DNA of 45,019 bases. Source: Mustelus asterias (Eukaryota). The notes below the pieces were generated by a model. That model had not been told where the DNA came from and searched no databases. It was given only the letters and a program-made list of their open reading frames with translations. A program made the translations under genes and the position numbers. Location: NCBI RefSeq assembly GCF_964213995.1, contig NW_027590503.1, forward strand, positions 248,001 to 293,019, given 5' to 3'. Below, piece by piece: positions 36,203 to 45,019 of this stretch (position 1 is its first letter; every line of letters begins with the position of its first letter).

Positions 36203-38621
36203 AGTGAGATAATATATTAAACATCAGGTGACCTTATTGATTACTTGCATTCCCTCCAACATAAGGAACACCAATCAAAATCTAAATATGACACATCGGA
36301 TAAAGAAAAACGTCCCGATATTTACATATTACAAGGGGCAGAATGACAGAATGTTCACATGTTCCAGAATATAAATAAGAATGGACATCAGGAAGAGCTC
36401 AACAGGCATCATCTCTAAACTGCTGTCAAGGTATTACAGCAGCTCACGTGAATGTTTTCTTCACCACGTGCAGAAATTGAAGTTGTTTTTATTCCTTGGG
36501 ACACGATCAACCAATTGATGCCCTGAAAGTTGCTCAGCTACAAACAGCAGATATGTTCACGTGAGAGTGAGCAAAAAACAAACACAGTTACCGTCAGTCC
36601 AGTTGAACAGCAAAGAACGCTTTAAGTGCGTGTTTACGTCACGGTCTAGTACAGGACTCGTGACACACAACCCAGTGCTTTATAAATAGCTACATGACCC
36701 TGCTGCATTTCAACGAAATGCACGGTGCCTTGCGGCAATAACTAAGACAGGCCGTGTGTAATATGAACTGTAACAAGGGATAATATATTTTAAGCAGAGC
36801 CGTATTCTTATTGAGACATTGCATTATGATATAAGCATGGATGTTGTACACTGCAGCAAAAACTGACACAGAGATTAGTGGAATGTAAACGAAGACATAG
36901 TTTAGCTTTGGTGTAATTGACACAGCCAAAGACGAAGTTTAAACACTGACAGGACATTTTCGAATAGAAAAAGATATATTTATCAGTGCGGCAATAGCTA
37001 ATAGATAGACCAGTGCGACATAAAACTGGAACTGGTCTATCACCATAATAACTGAGTCAGGGGTTCGCCTAATATGATGAAAAACACTTTCGGTTTGAAC
37101 ATAAACAAAGGGATTGTCTTGTCTGCAGTAAGTGAGTCAGATTCTATCACAACATGAGCAAGAACGTGCTTTGAAACAGGACACAAAAAAACAGCATGGT
37201 CATGGTGCAGTATAACAGATAGAGAGACATGGTGCAATGATAACAAAGCCAGATCATCCCAAGCAATAAATCTCGAGGTAAGGCCTGGTATAATACAAAT
37301 GAAAACATGCTCTACTGTCGCAGAAGCAGAGGCAAGGCCTAGCCTTTCATAAACTGAAGCATATTCGAATGCAGTCATATATAAGGTATGATAATTCAAA
37401 CAGAGGCAACCCGGCTACAGCAATGAGTGAAACAGGGTGAGTGTAAATATAAAAAGTTGAATACTGTAATTTCCTATACCGAACAGTACCTGGTGTAATG
37501 TAAACAGTTGGTGTATTATGAGCCTGGTGTAACTGTACCTGGACAGGGTCACAAGTATGATAAACAGTTGCTCGATGTGGACCACTAATAAACAATATAT
37601 GGACAAGAGTAATACATGAAAAGTCACGTTCGAGAACAATATAAACAGGAGCAGCGTCCACTATCATATCAACCTCGATGTCGCTGAGTGCTTGAATAAG
37701 CGAATCAGGCCCTTCTGCCATTATGCTGAAGCACAAATCAATGCATTAATATCTAAGATCGGGCTGACAGTAATGTCAACAGAGATATGCCCAACTGCAG
37801 CAATATCTGACGCCGACTCTTCCCTCACGCAAGCAAAAACGTTGTCGTGGAAAAAAATGAAAGAGGGAATATCGGACTTTACTTGGAGACATATTTTAGA
37901 GTAGAAATGAATTAGATCGACGCTGAGGCAAGCACGGCTTGAGACACAGTCCAGGTCAATAAAAAAAACTGATATGCAATCAAGTTCAGCAATTACTGAT
38001 TCCAGATCGAGTGTAACACAAAGAACAGACTTGATCAAGTAAAAATGAAATGGGAAGTGATATTTTGTAGTTTGCAACGAACAGATAGAGAATGAGATTT
38101 ACAAAGAACTATAATCAATGACAGTAATAAATGAAGCCGGCCCTGCTGTGATATGAGCAGAAGCTGAAGCTCTTACTGTGACAAGAGAGAGTTCAGCGCA
38201 ATATCAAGAGAAACATGGTCTAGTGTAAAGCAAATAGAGACATTGGCAAGTGCAGTAAAAACAGGGAGAGGATCTCCATTAAAATAATTACATGCTGCAG
38301 TGTATTTTTAACGAAAAGATCTCCTGTAATAGAAGATAATGTCTGGTTCCACTGACAGCTGGTGGACGCAAAATTCAATGACATCAGATTGCAGACGCCA
38401 TAAAATTAGCTGGTGTCTTTGATTAGCCTGAGGAGGACGCTAAGAGTGTGGAAATGAGGAGAGACAGGTTAAATGCATGAACAGGATATTTTGAATTGTG
38501 AGAGATGGGAACGTAGTTGCTAATGTACAGGCACAGCAAGCAATTGGGAGATCAAATTGTATGTTCGACTTTAATAAAAGCAATAGATTGATTGACTTTT
38601 TTAATTTCTTAGTTTCATAAG

Positions 38622-38885
38622 TAGGCTTACATTAACACTGCAATGAAGTTTCTGTGAAATTCCCTGGTCGCCACATTCCGGCGCCTGTTCGGCTACACTG
38701 AGGGAGAATTTAGCAAGGCCAATGCACCTAACTAGCACATCTTTCACTGTGGAAGGAAACTGGAGCAAGCGTAGGAAACCCACGGAGACATGACGAGAAC
38801 GTGCACACTCCACTCAGACAGTGACCCAAACCGGGAATCAAATCCCCGGCACTGTGAGGCAGCAATGTCTAGCACTGTGCCATAA
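38622..38885 (-). mobile_element. HE1-like V-SINE (alternative tail)
   Basis: V-domain and tRNA head; tail matches that at 16560-16702. Confidence 0.8.
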
Positions 38886-38893
38886 CGTTGTCC

Positions 38894-39040
38894 GATAGAA
38901 AGATAGATAGACAGGTAGAGAGACAAACAGAGACACAGACAGACAGATAGATGGGTAGATAGATAGACAGACGGACAGACAGATAGATAGACAGACAGAC
39001 GGATGGACGGATGGATGGATGGATGGCTGGATGGATGGAA
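38894..39040. repeat. Compound tetranucleotide microsatellite (GATA/GACA/GGAT)n
   Basis: Direct inspection. Confidence 0.95.
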
Positions 39041-39584
39041 TGGTAATGCCGGTGGTTCTCCTGACCAGCTTCAAAGCAGCTTCTGTCGACTTTCAGAGAT
39101 GGTAGACTTGGGCGAAGGTTGAAAGTATTTTTAGGTGGTGACAGCGAATCTATCGATCTTACTGTCGGACACTGTAGAAGATTACAGCACATTGAGAATC
39201 AATGAAGAAAGATACAATGAGCCTGTTCAATCCCTGACTCGACATGCAGACTGAGGAGACAACACTTGGCACACAGTTACGTCACTTTACATAATTTAAA
39301 AAATCTTCTCTAACAAGAAAACAATCTTAATTTTAAACTTCATCTATTATTCTTTTTGTTTTCTTCCTCAACCGAATAATTTTAATGTGATCAGTTTTTG
39401 TTAGGGAGGGGTAACTTCTGTTCTTTATAAACTGGTTCACTCATTTTGTTAATTCTACATGGGCACCGAGAATCAGGACCCAGACTTTATCATCCTTATC
39501 CTTTTTCTCCTTTTACCACCACTCCCTCTGTTTTGCAGGAAGGTCGTGGGGATTCCAATCAGAACTAATCATTTTATCATAAAA

Positions 39585-39758
39585 GTAAAATTCTGCGGAC
39601 GCTGGAATCTGAAACAAAAACAGAAAATGCTGGAAAATCTCAGCAGGTCTGACAGCATCTGTGGAGAGAGAATAGAGCCAATGTTTCCAGTCTGGATGTC
39701 CTTTCATCAGAGCTCTTCTGAAGTGTAATCCAGACTCAAAACATTGGCTCTATTCTCT
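39585..39758. mobile_element. Palindromic short repeat, probably Penelope-derived
   Basis: AAATGCTGGAAAATCTCAGCAGGTCTG.CAGCATCTGT block shared with ~11020, ~24820-24930 (opposite strand), ~41580 and ~41925; inverted arms 39667-39697 and 39728-39758. Confidence 0.6.
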
Positions 39759-40732
39759 TATCATTGTATTGATAAGATTCTCACTTTTAGTTTCCAAATG
39801 GCAGGTAAGAGACCTGTCCGGTCCCCACTCGAGCTCTGATTTTTCACTGGCCATGCTTGGGTAGGATTATAACCATTAGAATCTACTCTCAGATGTCTGC
39901 TTTTTCGTCCAGTGCTACTTGGAGTATACCGTCACTTCACCGACTATCAGGTCACAAATATATGATAAAATAATTTAAATAATGCCTGAGAACGCATTGA
40001 ACTAACTACCTATCATAGTTTGTTGATTGGTCAGACCCCCTTTTTACAGATTCAAGTATCTCAGCCGCTGAACACCAGCCGGTCCTGGAATAAGTTTAAT
40101 TCTAACTCATTCTGAGTAAATATTCTCACCAGGTCCTTTGTTGGGGCCCTGCTGAGCAGCTTTAATGGTCCGTGATTGCAGAAACTGAGCAGTCACAGGA
40201 ATGTGGTCAAGATAGTCCAGTCCCATAATGCCTCACATTCAATCTGCAGTCCTTCAATTATAACAGAATATGTGGCTGTATGTAGCTGCCTCGGCCGTGG
40301 TCAACCCCAACACTGCCTTCTTGAACTGCTACAATGCCTGAGGTGTAAGTACACCCACAGTGCTGTTAGGGAGGGATTTCCAGCGACACATTCCAGACTT
40401 TCACTAACTGTTGGTGGATACCAGATTGATATATTCCATTCAACCACACCCAAGGTGAGTTATTCCAATATATTCACAATATCTTTAAAACAGAAATTAA
40501 ACATTCCCATTTAATTTCAGGTACATTTTGGCCTGATGAATATAAAATACACTTAATAACTAAATGGTGCGAGATCACAACATTCTGAGGGACAGAGGGA
40601 TTGGGCCGTCCTTGGGCATGAATCAAAAGGGGCTAATATACAGGTACAGCAATTAATTAGAAATGTCATAAAATGTTACCATTTATTACGAGAGAATGTA
40701 TTATTAAATAGGACGGGTCAGAAATTCCTCAG

Positions 40733-41085
40733 ATATTGGAGCAGAATTAGGCCATTCGGCCCATCGAGTCCGTTCCGTCATTCGATCATGGCTGATATGC
40801 TCCTCATCCCCATTTTCCTGCCTTCTCCCCATAACCCTTCAACCCATCACCAATTAAAAATCTGTCTAACCCCTCCTTAAATTTACTCACTGTCCCAGCA
40901 TCCTCCGCTCTTTGGGGTAGCGAATTCCACAGATTCACAATGCTTTGGGAGAAGTAGTTTCTCCTCAACTCTGTTTTAAATTTGCTGCCCCTTATCCTAA
41001 GACTGTGACCTCTCGTCCTAGAATGCCCCACAGGAGGAAGCATCCGCTCCACGTCTACTTTATCCACACCTTTTATCATCTTGTC
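40733..41085 (-). mobile_element. CR1 3'-end fragment inside an older plus-strand CR1 remnant
   Basis: TRGHSLRIRGSKFKTELRRNYFSQ..WNSLP; flanks ~40550-40720 and ~41110-41210 carry decayed ORF2 sequence. Confidence 0.85.
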
Positions 41086-43359
41086 AGTTATCTCTCATTC
41101 TTCTAAATTCCAGTATGTTTCCAGTGTGCAAGGCATTGGAGAGACCACATCTGGAGTATTGTGTACAATACTTGATTCCTTATCTATAGAAAGATGGTAA
41201 TGTGTTAGAAAACTGCCCCAGGCTCCTGTGAATTCCTCCAACTCGTATTTAATTAGACTTGAATTGATTTATTTTAAAACGGTTTATTTTAAACATATTG
41301 AGACCGGCTGAAAGTGGTAGACTGGGGACTATCACACAAATGCTCTCAATCTGATGGTGTGGTGGTATTGTCACTGGACTGGGAGCCCAGAGTCCGAGGG
41401 TAATGCACTGGGCAGCCAGCTTCCAATCACACCACAGCAAATAGTGAAATCTCAATTCAATAAAAATCTGTCATTAAAGGCCTGGTGATGACCATGAAAC
41501 CATTGCCGTTAAAACCCATTTGGTTCACCGATGCCCTTTAGAGAAGGAATTTATCCGACTCCAGAATAAGACCAGAGGATGCTGGAAAATCTCAGCAGGT
41601 CTGGTAGTACCTGTAAGTCTTTCATGTGAATCCAGGTCCACACGATGTGGTTGACTCTGGAATGGCCCAGCAAGCAAGCTGCTCAGTTCAAGGGCAGTTA
41701 GGGATAGACCACAAGCAAGGAACTGGGAACAATCTGCACAAAATATTGGCCAGTTATTTTCAGGTTGGAAATGTAAAGCTGCCGTTTCGCTCTCAGTCAG
41801 GAACAGATCCCAGTTTTACACCAATCTCTGATTTAACAGCACATTGGAGAGCTGGTGCAGACACGATGGGCCAAATGGCCTCCTCCTGCACCAACACTAT
41901 TCTGTGAAATCTTAGAAAACAGGGAAATGCTGGAATTAAACTCAGCAGGTTCGGCAGCATCTGTGCAGAGAGAGAGAGAGAAACAGAGTTAACATTTCAG
42001 CTCTGTGACCTTTCCTGTGAACTGGGGAAATTAGAAATGTAACAGGTTTGGAGAAAGGGGCGGGTGGGACAGGGACGAAAGGAAGGTCTGTGAGAGGGTG
42101 GAAGACAGGAGAGATTGAATGAGAGAAAAGTGAACCCCCCCCACAGAGCCAAACTCCCTCAGAGGCTCCCACACTGCATTCCAACAAACTGAGCTGGATT
42201 GGACTGAATGGGAAGTCATGGGAATGTAGCCCTCACTGACTTCATGGATCAAGTACATTTCTGGATGGAAATTAGCTGCATCGACTCCAGCCTGGTTGTT
42301 GGTGTGAAACAGGAGCTGATGTCTATCTGTGTGTGTGTGTGAGTCCCTGCCTGCAGCTCCCAGAGAGTTTAAAATCCTGCATCTGTCTCTCTGCAGAGCT
42401 GCTGGTTAAAGACACATTTACAGCATTTATCAGACAGAAACTTCACTCTCATTCTCTCCCTCCCCTCCCCCAGCCAGTGCTTCTGTTAAAAAAAGGCTAA
42501 ACGCTTTATTTTGCAGCTCTGATCTCTGGTGAATTATTAACCACTAAGCACAGGGCACACACACACATTCAGACACCCGGACAGACAACAGGCAGATTGT
42601 AAATCAGAAGTGGGATTTGTAAATGCAGCAACAAAGAACTTTGCAAGATATTGTTTCAGTTCAGGCAACTTAAGGAAAAGTGAATTTTGCAAGAATCAGC
42701 AAAGGGTGCAAACCTGTAGCAGATGGAGTCCTGGATGAACAAGTTGTACAATCCACATTCAGACCTGGCCTCTCTCTCTCTCTGGCAGTGCAGGGCTGCG
42801 AGTTAATTGAAACCCATCTTCTCTCAGCTCCCAGTGCTGGTGATGTGAAGCTGGGAGTGGGGGGGAGGGAGAGCCTTGGGATAAACCATTTGCCTGGTGC
42901 TCACTAACCCCCACACAAACACCCCCCCACACACTCAGAGACAGGTTGGTGTTGGACTGGGCCAGGTAGGAGGAGGTGTGTTCAGGTGAGGTGGAGGAGC
43001 TGTGGTTGGATAAGGATTGATTGGGGAGGTGTGGGACTCAGTGAGGTTATAAAAAGGCTGGCGATGCATTGTCCAGTCTCTCTCTACACGTGGGTTGGTA
43101 AGTATCAGGTAAGCTGTGTCTTTGTGAGTGAGTGAGTGAGTCAGTGTGTGCTTGCATGGAGTTCCAGCTCTGATATTTTAACCCCCCTTTCCCAGCACAA
43201 AGCCCCTGGCCAAGGATCTCTCTCCCCACCATGGGAGAGGGGATGGAAGGAGTTGGAGAGATCACCGAGGGAAAACATGTGCGATGATGAGTATGAACCT
43301 CTTCACTTTCTGTCCGCACCTTTCCCGCCTCAGCCCTGCTTTTCTCTCTGTTTGCAGCC

Positions 43360-43742
43360 TCCTCTCAATCTCCCTCTCCATCTTTCTCTCTTTCAACCTT
43401 TCTCTCTCTCAATCTCTCTCTCAATCTCTGTCTTTCTATCTCTCAATCTTTCTATCTCTCAATCTTTCTATCTCTCAATCTTTCTATGTCTCAATCTTTC
43501 TATGTCTCAATCTTTCTATGTCTCAATCNNNNNNNNNNNNNNNNNNNNNNNNNNNNNNNNNNNNNNNNNNNNNNNNNNNNNNNNNNNNNNNNNNNNNNNN
43601 NNNNNNNNNNNNNNNNNNNNNNNNNNNNNNNNNNNNNNNNNNNNNNNNNNNNNNNNNNNNNNNNNNNNNNTCAATATTTCTGTCTCTCAATCTTTCTCTC
43701 AATCTCTCTCTCAATCTTTCGCTCTGTCTTTCTCAATCTTTC
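43360..43742. repeat. CT-rich ~16-bp minisatellite (TCTCAATCTTTCTAT[C/G]) running into assembly gaps
   Basis: Direct inspection; N-runs at 43529-43670 and 43743-44172. Confidence 0.9.
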
Positions 43743-44172
43743 NNNNNNNNNNNNNNNNNNNNNNNNNNNNNNNNNNNNNNNNNNNNNNNNNNNNNNNNNN
43801 NNNNNNNNNNNNNNNNNNNNNNNNNNNNNNNNNNNNNNNNNNNNNNNNNNNNNNNNNNNNNNNNNNNNNNNNNNNNNNNNNNNNNNNNNNNNNNNNNNNN
43901 NNNNNNNNNNNNNNNNNNNNNNNNNNNNNNNNNNNNNNNNNNNNNNNNNNNNNNNNNNNNNNNNNNNNNNNNNNNNNNNNNNNNNNNNNNNNNNNNNNNN
44001 NNNNNNNNNNNNNNNNNNNNNNNNNNNNNNNNNNNNNNNNNNNNNNNNNNNNNNNNNNNNNNNNNNNNNNNNNNNNNNNNNNNNNNNNNNNNNNNNNNNN
44101 NNNNNNNNNNNNNNNNNNNNNNNNNNNNNNNNNNNNNNNNNNNNNNNNNNNNNNNNNNNNNNNNNNNNNNNN

Positions 44173-45019
44173 TTTCCCCCCCCTGGGCTTTGTCCCCCCC
44201 CCCCCCTGGGCTTTGTCCCCCCCCCCCCCCCCCCCTGGGCTTTGTCCCCCCCCCCCCCCCTGGGCTTTGTCCCCCCCCCCCCCCCCCCGGGCTTTGTGTC
44301 CCCCCCCCCCCTGGGCTTTGTCCCCCCCCCCCCCCCCCTGGGCTTTGTCGTCCCCCCCCCCGGGCTTTGTCCCCCCCCCCCCCCGGCATTGCCCCCCCCC
44401 CCCGGCATTGCCCCCCCCCCCCGGCATTGCCCCCCCGCGGCACTTCCCCCCCGGCATTGGCCCCCCCCCGGCATTGGCCCCCCCCCGGCATTGCCCCCCC
44501 GGCATTGCCCCCCCCCGGGCATTGCCCCCCCCCGGGCATTGCCCCCGGGCCATCCCCCCGGGCATTGCCCCCCCCCGGGCATTGCCCCCCCCCCGGGCAT
44601 TGCCCCCCCGGGCCTTGCCCCCCGGGCATTGCCCCCCCCCGGGCATTGCCCCCCCCCGGGCATTGCCCCCCCCCCGGGCATTGCCCCCCCCCCGGGCATT
44701 GCCCCCCCCCGGGCATTGCCCCCCCCCCGGGCATTGCCCCCCCCCGGGCATTGCCCCCCGGGCCCCCCCGGGCATTGCCCCCCCCCCGGGCATTGCCCCC
44801 CCCGGGATCCGGGCATTGCCCCCCCCCGGGCATTGCCCCCCCCCGGGCATTGCCCCCCCCCCGAATTGCGCCCCCCCCCGAATTGCCCGCCGCCCGATCC
44901 CCCGAATTGCCCCCTCCCGAATTGCCCCCCCCCGAATTGCGCCCCCCCCCCGAATTGCGCCCCCCCCGAATTGCGCCCCCCCCCCGAATTGCCGCCCCCG
45001 AATTGCCCCCCCCCGAATT
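44173..45019. repeat. C-run minisatellite with three successive cores: GGGCTTTGT, GGGCATTG, GAATTG
   Basis: Tandem core plus variable-length poly-C; adjacent to a gap. Confidence 0.92.

Noticed and set aside
137-41720. SINE heads as tRNA genes
   Set aside because: A/B boxes are followed by SINE body and tail rather than a complete cloverleaf
42480-43380. Possible last exon and 3' UTR of a minus-strand gene (AATAAA ~42505)
   Set aside because: No recognisable protein or acceptor site, and upstream sequence is lost in gaps
43671-44850. Three long Gly/Pro-rich ORFs (366-381 aa)
   Set aside because: Translations of a stop-free G-rich minisatellite plus N-gaps, open in all three frames

Overview
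Eukaryotic DNA, most likely from a shark (HE1/V-SINEs, abundant CR1 LINEs, KRAB-less tandem C2H2 genes); there is no prokaryotic system here. The left part (1-20 kb) holds two head-to-head C2H2 zinc-finger genes sharing a CpG-rich promoter, and a complete 5-exon EMC4 gene (minus strand, 180 aa) that the ORF track misses. The right part (21-40 kb) holds three T-cell-receptor alpha/delta-type V segments in mixed orientation. One V looks intact, with a leader exon and a near-perfect 23-RSS; two are pseudogenes. They are interleaved with an intact tRNA-Arg(ACG), a decayed intron-bearing tRNA-Pro(CGG), a decayed tandem tRNA-Val array and CTCF motifs. Transposon content is dense and nested. It includes an unusual 509-bp LTR-derived element whose two ends are inverted copies of the same LTR end, with a 5-bp TSD. 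The window ends in assembly gaps and C-rich minisatellite. All calls were made by eye; family names come from recalled consensus sequences, and repeat boundaries are approximate.
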